Of a stretch of 64,000 bases of DNA, positions 39,247 through 49,873 are shown one piece after another; position 1 is the stretch's first letter, and each line of letters starts with the position of its first letter. The position numbers and the translations under genes are program-made. This stretch comes from Octopus sinensis. Taxonomy: Eukaryota. The notes under the pieces were generated by a model. That model saw only the letters and a list, made by a program, of their open reading frames with translations. It was not told the origin of the DNA and made no database searches. Where the stretch lies: assembly GCF_006345805.1 (NCBI RefSeq), contig NC_043007.1:59520001-59584000 (forward strand), read 5' to 3'.

Positions 39247-39834
39247 GTTATTATTATTATTATTATTCACTGCCCTCATCTCTTAAGTATAGAACTGTAA
39301 TAAAAGAAATAAATAAATAAAAGCGAAAGCGCAAAGAAAAAGAACAGAATAAATAAATAAATGATGAACGAATGAAAAAAATGATCAAAAGAATTAAGAA
39401 AAGAGAAAAAAGGTAAGTACAGAAAATAAAATGAGAGGGATGAAGGAAAAATAAGATCGAAATATAAGAAAACAATTAGAGATTTTCGAGGGAAAAATTG
39501 AAAGAAGTAACATGAAAGAAATGAAAGAATGAGAAGTAACAAGGAATGAATAAAGATTAACAGAAATATTAGAGGTGGTCAGAGTCAGTAGACTCTATTT
39601 TGAGGCTAGAAGGATCAACTGAGAATAATAAACTAATAACAGAAACATTATTTACATTATTTTCATTTGACAGATATTTGTTCTCATCTTGTTTGTTGTT
39701 AATATAACATTTCAGCTGATATACCCTCCAGTCTTCATCAGGTGTCTTGGGGAAATTTCGAACCTGGGTTCTCATTCCTAAGGTATTTTTCAATGTTGTT
39801 GTTGTTGTTGTTGTTGTTGCTGGCTCAGGAACGA

Positions 39835-40355
39835 ATGCATCAGGAATGTATTACTCTTGGAACCAATGTATGACCGTAGGTGTAGTGGTCAACTGACTAC
39901 AACAGAATTATCAACCATTTTTTTAATCTATGGACCCCTTTGATTACTATTCTATTCTGATGGACCCCCATAGCTATTCGATGTCTAAAATATAGTTTTA
40001 TAGAAACTTCTTTTAAAGAAAATTCCTATTTTGTTTTCCACACATTAACATGTGTAGGATGAAATATGTAAAATGTTAGAGAAAGCAACCCAGATGTTTC
40101 ATGCAATACATACCAATACACACATTTAAAGAAAAAATTTTCAGGGACCCTTAAAATACTATTGCAGATCCTCAATTCACTATTTTGTTTCGTGGACCCC
40201 ACCCCCAAATCTTATATGGAACCTCAGGGGCCATATGGATCCAATTGAGAACCACTGGGCTACAACATACGTTGATAGAGTGGTGATCCACAGCAGCTTA
40301 TCAGTTCCCGAGTTGAACTCGGTAATGGAGGATAGGGAGTATCGGAGGAGCGTCT
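39835..40355 (+). pseudogene. RTE-type LINE 3' coding fragment split by a hAT MITE
   Basis: Removing 39903-40257 plus one TSD copy gives IRNVLLLEPMYDRRCSGQLTTTYVDRVVIHSSLSVPELNSVMEDREYRR, which resembles RTE C-termini; a (CAA/CAG)n tail follows. Confidence 0.6.
39903..40257. mobile_element. hAT-superfamily MITE
   Basis: Right end ttgagaaccactg is the reverse complement of CAGTGGTTCTCAA; the left end cagaattatcaa is degenerate; 8-bp TSD gactacaa/ggctacaa. Confidence 0.75.
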
Positions 40356-40684
40356 GTGCGGATCGAGGAAACAGCAACAACAGCAGCAGCAACAGCAACA
40401 ACAGCAACAACAACAACAACAACAACAACAGAAATAATGAAAATGAGAATGGAAGGGAGCAGTGAAAGAAGATAAAAATGAATAAAAAATGAGGGTAATG
40501 AATGAAGAATGTAGAAATGAAGGAGTGAAGGAAGGTATGTCAGTGAGTGTATGAACGAGAGTATCGCAAGGAATGAAAGACAGAAAATGAAATACAGAAG
40601 ATAGAAATGGATTAAAGATTTAGAGATTTAGAGTGTTGAAAAGAATAAAAAGATTGAGTTTGTGAAGGGTGTATATAGAAATTA

Positions 40685-41027
40685 TTCTTTTCTACACTAG
40701 GCACAAGACCAGAAATTTTGAGGGAGGGGGTAGTCGATTAGATGCACCCTAGTACGCAAGTGGTACTTAATTTATCGACTCCGAAAGGATGAAGGGCAAA
40801 ATCGACCTCGGCGGAAATTGAACTCAGAACGTAAAGACGGACGAAATGCCGCTAAGGATGTTGTTTCAGTCATTAGGCTCCGGCCATGCTGGGGCATCGC
40901 CGTGATGAATTTTTAACCGGATGAATCGACACCAGAACTTATTTTTGTTAAGCCTAGTACTTACTCTGTCGATCACTTTTGTGAAACCGCTAATTTATGG
41001 AGACGTAAACACACCAAAACCGGTTGT

Positions 41028-41068
<41 letters not shown>

Positions 41069-41225
41069 ACACACACACACGCACCCATGCACGCACACAT
41101 ACGACATATACGACGGGCTTCTTTCAGTTTCCGCCTACAAATTCACTCACAAGGCTTTGATTGGCCCGAGGCGATAGTAGAAGACAGCTACTCAAGGTAC
41201 CACGCAGTGGGACTGAACCCTGAAT
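40685..41225 (-). mobile_element. Adjacent S1 (40685-40860) and S2 (40860-41225) SINEs
   Basis: Reverse complements of the S1 core and the S2 body and tail. Confidence 0.82.
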
Positions 41226-41373
41226 CACTGAGAATTAATTAAAAGACTGGGTGTGTCTAGAGTTGATTGAAAGACTGGATGTGAGAAATGAATAAAAGAG
41301 TCACATAGAAATAATTGGAACGAGTGTAAATATAATGATTTGAGGTAAGAGCAAGAAATTGTACAAATAAATA

Positions 41374-41541
41374 GGCGCGGGAGTGGCTATGTGGTAAGTA
41401 GCTTGCTTACCAACCACATACCTCTGGGTTCAGTTCCACAGCGTGGCACCTTGGGGAAGTGTCTTCTACTATAGCCTCGGGCCGACCAAAGCCTTGCGAG
41501 TGGATTTGGTAGACGAAAACGGAAAGAAGCCCGTCGTATAT

Positions 41542-41611
<70 letters not shown>

Positions 41612-41832
41612 TATATATGTATATGTTTGTGTGTCTGTGTTTGTCCCCCCAACATCGCTTGACAACCGATGCTGGTGTGTTTACGTCCCCGTAACTTAGC
41701 GGTTCGGTAAAAGATACCGATAGAATAAGTACTAGGCTTACAAAGAATAAGTCCTGGGGTCGATTTGCTCTACTAAATGCGGTGCTCCAGCATGGCCGCA
41801 GTCAAATGACTGAAACAAGTAAAAGAGTAAAT
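41374..41832 (+). mobile_element. Full-length tRNA-derived SINE, family S2 (reference copy)
   Basis: A-box-like TGGCTATGTGG, B-box-like GGTTCAGTTCC, internal (TA)n, LINE-like tail gcggtgctccagcatggccgcagtcaaatgactgaaacaag and an A-rich end. Confidence 0.92.
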
Positions 41833-42388
41833 GAAAAGAGATTGCGTTGAAACGAATGAAAAGCAGTTGTGAAATGAATCAGGAGTGCAGAAATGAATGA
41901 AAGAATGAGTGGTGAGGTCAATAAAAGTCTGAGTGAGTAGAAATGAATGAGTGTAGTGATGAATGAAGGACAGGATACTTAGAAAGAAATTAAAAACTGA
42001 GCGAATGAGTGTGCGAAAATAAATTCAATTAAGGATGTGGTAGAAACGAGGGTAGAAGTGAATGAAAAAATGAGAGACAACGATGAATGAAACGAAGTAA
42101 CGAAGAAAGAAAAGCTACCTCAGAAAAAAGAAACGTATTTGTTAATTAATCAATAATATTTAATTTCCTTGTCAACCACCATTTCTAATTCTTAAAGGCG
42201 TGAAAAGCAAATAAACGGACCACGGATAGATTGCAGTGTTTATTTTGCTGGTTTATTTATGAATGTGTATGTACGCAGTTGAATGTGTGTGTGTGTGTGG
42301 TGTGTGTTTGTGCGTGAAATAAAGAGAGAGAGAGAAAGAAGAGAGAGAGAGAGAGAGAGGGAGAGAAGAGAGAGAGAGAGGAGAGAGA

Positions 42389-42430
<42 letters not shown>

Positions 42431-42750
42431 GAGAAAGAGACACAGAGATAGAGAGAGTGAATGAGAGAGAAGTAGTGTGCGTATGTGTGTGTGTTTCAAA
42501 GTTTCATTCTAGAAACAAGAACACTAATATAAATGAAATGGCCCACAGCAGCTATAAAAACAATTGTAGACACAGCAAGAGTTCTGACAACAACGACGAC
42601 GATAACAACAACAGCAACAACAACGTTATCATCATTATCATCATCGTTATAAGCATCAAAGCTTTCGCATTCATCATCATCATCTACAACAGCAAGAATG
42701 CATCAGTAACAGTGATAGAATCAACAACAGTAGCAACAACAAGAGCAGCA

Positions 42751-42782
<32 letters not shown>

Positions 42783-43032
42783 TACAACAACAACAACAAC
42801 AACAACAACAACAGCAACTACAGGAATCACTGAAACAATCAAAGCAGCAGCAATAAGTGCAGAAGCAATACGATATAGCGTCAACGCATTCGGATTAAAA
42901 GTCAAAAGAAAAAAATATATATAAGCTCATGTATTCAGTCCTGATTCTCTTATTAGTTTTATAAGACGTGTACGTACATAACCACACACGAGACCTGTAC
43001 ACAGACACGCACGCATGCACGCACGCACGCCA

Positions 43033-43076
<44 letters not shown>

Positions 43077-43330
43077 CACTCACACATACACTCGCGCACG
43101 CACACACTTTGGAGTTAGAAAGGCGTGCACTGATGAGGTCGCGAATGACGACGAATGGAGTCTGACAAACCAACAGAGTGATTAAGTGATTGATCGAGCG
43201 ATTAATGAATCTATTGACTGGTTAACTGGTTAATTTTTTAAAACTAGTTTATTACTAAGTGAAAGAAGCGAAAGAGAATGTGCGCGCGCATTTCTTCTTG
43301 GGAAAAATGAGCCTCTCACTAGACAGCTAC

Positions 43331-43369
<39 letters not shown>

Positions 43370-43423
43370 AAATGAGTAACGTCACCTACTTTGGAATCTG
43401 CACTTTGGAAATACTATAGAAAG

Positions 43424-43949
43424 TACCGTAAATCCTCGAGTATAGTCCGCCCTTGAGTATAATACGCAGGGGATTTTTAGAGGGCTGTACCTCTGAAAAA
43501 CCTAAACCTTTTGTATAATACGCACCCCTTCTCTAAATTGAGTCGTGCGTAATTAAGCCAGCAGCACCTTGTCAAACAAACACTTCCGCGCATGCGTAAT
43601 ACAATAATGGTGATGTTCTTAACTGTTATATGGGAATGTAAATATATCTGCAAATTGTTTTTGTTACATGTTATTCTGTGTTCTGAATACTTTTATTTTA
43701 ATAAATGTTGCTTACTGCAAGTTATGGATGATTCTTTTATGACTTCATTGCTTTCAGGCTTAGCTTAAGATATTTTCGTGCCCGACATCACAAAATGCGT
43801 CTGAATAAACATTACCGGACAGCAAATAGGGACTCGGACATTACTTAGAAAATATTTTTCATTTTTAACCTCGTATATAGTACGCACTAGGGATTTTGAC
43901 CTTTAAATTTTGGGGGAAAAATGCGGATTATACTCGAAGATTTACGGTA
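43424..43949. mobile_element. Tc1/mariner-superfamily (pogo-type) MITE
   Basis: TIRs TACCGTAAATCCTCGAGTATAGTCCGC versus the reverse complement TACCGTAAATCTTCGAGTATAATCCGC (2 mismatches, TA included); subterminal gtataatacgca repeats; non-coding. Confidence 0.9.
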
Positions 43950-43962
43950 TCTTTATATAAAG

Positions 43963-44818
43963 TACATGTCTGAACTACCAAGAGATATAATATTTTTAAG
44001 ATTATAAACCTGGAAAAGTTATTACACTTGGAAGAGTTCAGGACAACTCAGTACATCTGGTAAAGTACAGAAGAAAAAATTTTTTACTTAAAATATTACT
44101 TCTAAAGATAGAATTATTTGATTTTAATTTGCAATGTAACACTATAATTAAAAAAGGTACCATCATTTTGTTAAAATATTGACACACTAGAATACTTAAA
44201 AAATGAGAGCCAGAAGTACCAATATAGTTAAAATTTTATGAGAAATAGAATAGTATATACAGTAGGAAAACTAATTATGTAAAATATAGGCATAGGCTCA
44301 AGACTAAAAATGTGAAGACTTTGCAATAACTTGGGAAATATTTCAAGCGAATTTTACTGTGAATTTGTTGTTATACATAAATTTTATTGTAATATGTAAC
44401 TAATTTTTTGCATTATTCTATTTATTGTACTAACTAATTATGTACTACTATTATTTTTATGACTTATTTGCAAATTTCTAATTATCAATTAATAATTTAA
44501 AAATTAATTTTTCGAAAAGGCAAAAAATATTTTGAGTTATTTTCCATTTTTAATAGAAGCAACAAGTAATGTCAAATAGAAATAATATCTTGTAATAAAA
44601 TATTTAGTTTTAATGAAAGCTAATATTTTCTAAATCTAAATATTTTATTTGAAATTTTATCCATAGCTGCAATATTTTAAGTAAAAATGTTCTTGTTCTG
44701 TACTTTACCAGATGTAATAAGTTGTCTTGAACTTCTCCAAGTGTAATAACTTGTCCTGTAATTTTCCAGTTTTATAATCTTAAGAATATTATTTCTCTTG
44801 CTTGCACTTTTCCATGTA
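43963..44818. mobile_element. AT-rich foldback element with ~140-165-bp imperfect terminal inverted repeats
   Basis: 43963-44100 matches the reverse complement of 44651-44818 (for example aagttattacacttgga and tacatctggtaaagtacagaa). Confidence 0.75.
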
Positions 44819-44904
44819 ATATATATATATATATTTCTATATTCTTTATTATACATATATATATATTTATTATATATATATATTCATTATACTTTCTTTT
44901 ATTC

Positions 44905-45099
44905 TATTACTTGTTTCAATCCTTTGACTGCGGCCATGCTGGAGCACCGCCTTTAGTCGAATGGAATCTACCCCAGGACTTATTCTTTGTAAGCCTAGTA
45001 CTTATTCTATCGGTCCCTTTCGCCGAACCGTTAAGTTACAGAGACCTAAACACACCAGCATCGGTTGTCAAGCGATGTTGGGGACAAACACAGATACAC

Positions 45100-45146
<47 letters not shown>

Positions 45147-45300
45147 GTATACATATATATACGACGGGCTTCTTTCAGTTTCCGTCTACCAAATCCACTC
45201 ACAAGGCTTTAGTCGGCTATAGTAGAAGGTGTCACCCAGTGGGACTGAACCCGGAACCATTTGATTGGTAAGCTAGCTACTTACCACACAGTCACTACTG
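44905..45300 (-). mobile_element. SINE family S2
   Basis: Reverse complement of 41374-41832 with an internal (CA)n(TA)n. Confidence 0.88.
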
Positions 45301-45559
45301 TGCCTATATATATATATATACATATCAATACGAGAGAGTGGACGAACGAAAGAAGGGCACTCAATAAATTTATTGGGAGTTACAAGTGTGGATCAAAACA
45401 GCTTCATTAAAATTCGTTGGTACTCTTGAGTTTCAAGCGGGATGCTAATCGTCAGCCATTTTGAATTTGAAAAACAAAAGTTGGTTGTTATTACCGTAAG
45501 GTGGGCTGCGATTTGTAGAGGAAGGTCATACGGTGTCGTGGTTTGATGTTGGTATATGA

Positions 45560-45803
45560 GCAAAAGTTAGCTAGACTGGGCAATGTGTGTGTTTATGAGC
45601 GAAACACCTAAGCTCCACGCGGCTCCGGCAGAAGGTAATGGCGAACTTCTGCTGACTCTTTCGCCACAACTTACTCTCTCTTTCCTCCTGCATCTTGCAG
45701 CTCACCTGCGACGGACCGGCGTTCCGTCCAGGTGGGGAACCTATATGCCAAGGAAACCGGAAAACTGGCCCTTATGAGCCAGGCGTGGCCCTAGAAGGAA
45801 CAA
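45560..45803 (+). mobile_element. SINE family S3 inside the inverted-repeat spacer
   Basis: Shares aaacacctaagctccacg-ggctccgg with the 7385-7570 element. Confidence 0.7.
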
Positions 45804-46266
45804 GTATACATATAATGAATACGCATGTGTGTATGAGTATGCGTGTATATGTGTGCATGTGTGCGTATGCACTCGTATGTGTGTGCGTGTTCATCCAAGC
45901 ATGTGTGTGTGTGTGTATGTATGTGTGCAGACGTGCGCGTGCACGCCCATGTACAGATGTGCAGGCTCCCATCAATACACACATGCACGAAAAACCATAT
46001 GAGCGTGTCTACACACCCAGATATAGAACTATATACTTGTACATGCCGCCCCTTCCTACTTCCCCAACCCCAACAACCTGACCGATTTCTTAATCGCCAC
46101 GTGGTCTATTTCCTGTCCTTCATGTTGTCAATTTCCTGTTCACCATGTGGTATTTTCCAACTAACTGCTATTACCAATATACCAACATCAAACCACGACA
46201 CCGTGCAACCTTCCTCGTCCAATCGCAGCCAACCTAACGGTAATGGCAATCAGCTTCTGTCAATCA

Positions 46267-46322
46267 AATTCAAAATGGCTGACGACTAGCATCACGCTTG
46301 AAACTCAAGAGTACCATGAATT
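46267..46322 (+). ncRNA. Type I hammerhead-like ribozyme motif (mirror copy on - strand at 45411-45467)
   Basis: aattc-aaa-atgg CTGACGA ct-agc-atcac-gct-t GAAA CTC aa GAG T A ccat-gaatt. Stem I is 9 bp with a 3-nt bulge and stem III 4 bp, with a GUA cleavage triplet. The base of stem II is non-canonical (C-U, U-U). Confidence 0.5.
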
Positions 46323-46340
46323 GAACCAAACTGCTTTGAT

Positions 46341-46414
<74 letters not shown>

Positions 46415-46415
<1 letters not shown>

Positions 46416-46809
46416 TAGCAGTATCGCCCGGCGTTGCTCGGGTTTGTAAGGGAAATAACTATATAAGCATTTTTAGAGATGTAAAGTATAATAGCCATCT
46501 CAATATAGCTAACCACAAAGGGTGGTGTTACTGTAGCTTTTTACGTTCTGAGATTTAATAATACATTTTTAGAGAGTTACTTCCCTTATATAATAGCCAA
46601 AAAATGCATTAAAAATGGGAAAAAATGATGGTAAATTTCTTTTAAAATCGTAGACTCATCGTAGACGCGCGCTAATACCCAGAAGGGCTCGATATGAATC
46701 ACGACTATAAGATACCCGCTTTTGGTTACACTGCACCGCAAAATGTGGGAGTAGTTAGGAATCTAAATCGTAGGAGACAGACACACAACTTCACTTTTAT
46801 ATATAAAGA
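46415..46809 (-). mobile_element. Non-autonomous Helitron, 395 bp
   Basis: 5' TC at 46809, 3' hairpin CCCG-agcaacgc-CGGG 8 nt before terminal CTAG at 46415-46418, inserted between A and T, no TSD. Confidence 0.85.
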
Positions 46810-47299
46810 TATATATAATATTAAGTATGTTATAGAAAGTATAGGCTATTGTGAAATAATACTAAGTAGAGGAAAATGAAAACGCAAATCCTAGATAGTC
46901 AACCAAAATTCCCGAATGCATATATATATATATAGTGTACATTTAAACAAATAAGAGGTATCCGTCATAGGAATCCTGGCACGCTAGAAGGAACACCCGA
47001 AGTTCAAAGAACTATTACGGACAAAAACTTCGAAGGGAATGAAAAATAAAAACATCTACCATCTATCTCCTGGACCATGACCTCTGACTTTTTTTAGCAA
47101 ATAAAATAATTTGCTAACCGAAGTTTTCATCAACAGGTATGCCTCGATTAAACATGTACGAGGAAATCCAGCATGTGCCTCTTGCTTATACATTATAATT
47201 TTTCAAATCCACCGCGCAAGCGCAGTTTTTTGTCGGCAGCAAAAAAATAATATCGGGGTTACTTCGAAAATTTTCTAGAAAAAATTATCAATAATTAAT

Positions 47300-47510
47300 A
47301 ATATCAAGGTAATAAAGATTTTAGAAATTTTTTACTACCAGTGGCCTAGCGTGTAGAAAAATCAGTCAATAGACTATATATTATTTATATAAATACTGTG
47401 TACGTTTAAACAAGTAAGAGGTATCCGAAATATATAGTCAATTGACTCATTTTTCTACACGCTAGGCCACTAGTGGTAAAAAAATTTTAAATCTTTATTA
47501 CCCTGATATT
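47300..47510. repeat. ~83-bp inverted repeat with 46-bp spacer
   Basis: 47300-47382 matches the reverse complement of 47429-47510. The spacer contains a direct repeat of ~46936-46965. Confidence 0.9.
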
Positions 47511-47561
47511 ATATATATATAATATGCATATATATATATATAGATACATATATATATATAG

Positions 47562-47612
<51 letters not shown>

Positions 47613-47640
47613 CATACATACACGCATTTATATATATATT

Positions 47641-47675
<35 letters not shown>

Positions 47676-47939
47676 ACGGATAAGGGAAATGGAAAATGGA
47701 GACAATTGTACAAGACGTTATTTAAACCATATTGTGCGTTTGTCTCCATTTTGTATGTCTCTTATGTTCTGCAAAACACGCCTCACTTCTCTTTGGAATT
47801 ATTACCTATGTATGTAATAGCTAGTTGTAAAATCTCAAGTCGAGATCAGAGCAATAACTATACTAACAAGTAAAGTTAATCGCCACATCGAAGTGGCTGT
47901 TCCATGTTACTACTAGTTTAACATGCAATTTCTGGGTGG

Positions 47940-48240
47940 GGTAAAGAAGCTTGGTTCGTTAACACACAGTTATAGGTTCAGTCCCACTATGTCATACCTT
48001 GGGCAAGTATCTTCTATTTTAGCCTCGGGCTGACCAAAGCCTTGTGAGTGTATTTGGTAAACGGAAACTGAAAGAAGCCCGTCGTGTATATGTGTGTGTG
48101 TATGTCTTTGTATCTGTGTCTGTCCCCTCCACCGCTTGACAACTGGTGTTGGTGTGTTTACGTCCCTGTATCTTAGCGGTGCGGCAAAAGAGCCCTGGGT
48201 CGATTCATTCGATTAAAAATTCAAGACGATGCTCAGCATA
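47940..48240 (+). mobile_element. SINE family S2, internally deleted
   Basis: ggttcagtcccact...ttgggcaagtatcttct...aaagaagcccgtcg. Confidence 0.8.
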
Positions 48241-48259
48241 ACCGAACTCCAATAACAAA

Positions 48260-48309
<50 letters not shown>

Positions 48310-48404
48310 TGTATGTATATATATATACATATATATATATATATTAAATGTATGTGTATTTTTCCAGTGTTATAAATAACAAGGAAAAAAATACGCAGTT
48401 ACCA

Positions 48405-49055
48405 GAGTAGCACAGTTTCGTGAAGCTATAGAAAAGAATTTCCCAAGAAATTCAAGATACTATTCGATTATTAACTCACACCGAATTAGGATAGGGTTTT
48501 CTAACACAAAAATCTTTCACAAATCATCTCTTCGCATAATAATAAGTTGTTAAATACAAATCCACTTAATAAAAATACTAACATTAATTTTGTTAACACT
48601 AACCATTCTTTAAATAATATTAACAGCAGGGTTATTGTTTCTGAACTCAACTCCAATCGCATTTGTTTTCTTAGCAATAATTCTAAGACTAGAAACTCTA
48701 TTTATCAATGTAAAACTACTTCCGGTTCTGACGTCTTTTTTATATTGTAGTTCTTCATCTCAGTTGTCCAAAAGATTATCCAATCATTACTCTACATTTA
48801 AGCATATCAATAAACGTAACAATACTGTGCTTAGTAAATTAATCTGGTATCTAAAAGATCATAATAAACAATTTGATTTGGAATGGAATATTCTCTCTAT
48901 TTCTTTACCTTATGATAAAGGTAAATCTTTTTGCTCCCTTTGCAATAGTGAAATGTTTTTTATCCTATTCTCAATAAATACGTTTATAGAACGCGTTTGT
49001 CGTTGCAAACATTGGAAGAAACATACCTTTAGTTCCTATAAGTTATTTCTACCAT
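48405..49055 (+). pseudogene. Penelope-like element GIY-YIG endonuclease fragment
   Basis: EKNFPRNSRY...KNLSQIISSHNNKLL, SIYQCK and KRLSNHYSTF...TVLSKLIWYLK...EWNIL...PY...CSLCNSE...CKH; frameshifted. Confidence 0.85.
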
Positions 49056-49334
49056 TCTTTAAAATTCGACCTTTGACTGTCTTCTTACATTGCACTTCTA
49101 CTAAATATATCTACTTCCATTCCTTTAAGCTTTATTCTAATTCACCTATCTCTCTATTATTCTCCACTATTAGTTTTCTGCTAATTTCTTTCTTTCTCCT
49201 CCTTCTCCTTCTATAAACTACCTTCGACATTATATCTACTAACGGTTTTAAAAAAATAAACTTGAAAGCGTTCCCATCATCATATACACAGTCATCACAT
49301 TCTGTTAAAATGCCTTATTGATGTGTTTGGTTTC

Positions 49335-49462
49335 TTTCTTACCCCGATGAGAAGAGTGCATTGTTTTACACCATTTTATTCCTTCTGGAATAATACCAAT
49401 GTTGTCTTCGAAACATATGCCGGAAGTAAAAGAATTTGAATAAACCTGCGTTCAACTCCATT

Positions 49463-49465
<3 letters not shown>
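49335..49465 (+). ncRNA. PLE terminal repeat with mutated hammerhead core
   Basis: CCGATGAG (49344) ... CGAAAC atat GCC (49409-49421), then cgttcaactccatt. Homologous to the 63235-63329 motif but with U4-to-C and U16.1-to-C changes. Confidence 0.55.
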
Positions 49466-49521
<56 letters not shown>

Positions 49522-49526
<5 letters not shown>

Positions 49527-49765
49527 GGGTAAAGACCCCCTTCGGTCATGAATGACCATGGGATTGCACCTAGAAAGTTACCCTCCTAGACACAAGTCCG
49601 GGCAAAGTTGTTTATGGAAGACCAGCAGTCGCCCATGCATACCAGCCTCCCCTCTCCACGCCACCAGTGTTATCCAAGGGAAAGACAAAGGTCGATACAG
49701 CTTGGCACCAGTGACGTCGCAACTCATTTCTACAGCTGAGTGAACTGGAGCAACGTGAAATAAAA
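49522..49765 (-). mobile_element. SINE-like repeat related to family S4
   Basis: Shares tgagt...gagcaacgtgaa with ~3178-3205; flanked by (TA)n. Confidence 0.55.
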
Positions 49766-49842
49766 TATATATATATGTACATATGTATATATACATATAT
49801 ATATATATACATATATATATACTTATATATATTTATATATAC

Positions 49843-49873
<31 letters not shown>

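Larger units (their letters stand above)
37639..39825. repeat. Local tandem triplication of a ~700-bp unit
   Basis: gaggctagaag...ctaaggtatttttcaatg starts at 37639, 38346 and 39602. The purine-rich block ttcactgccctcatctc occurs at ~37936 and ~39265. Confidence 0.92.
45389..46343. repeat. Inverted duplication with ~168-bp arms (45389-45557 and 46177-46343), probably PLE terminal repeats
   Basis: The arms align by eye at roughly 80% identity, and each contains a hammerhead-like core. Confidence 0.85.

Noticed and set aside
41374-41450. tRNA-like sequences (also at ~3230-3280, 7510-7570 and 22275-22345)
   Set aside because: These are SINE heads with A/B boxes but no complete cloverleaf; they continue into SINE bodies.
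43125-43170. CTGATGAG followed by a small hairpin and CGAAT
   Set aside because: GAAU instead of GAAA, and only two base pairs of stem I; likely chance.
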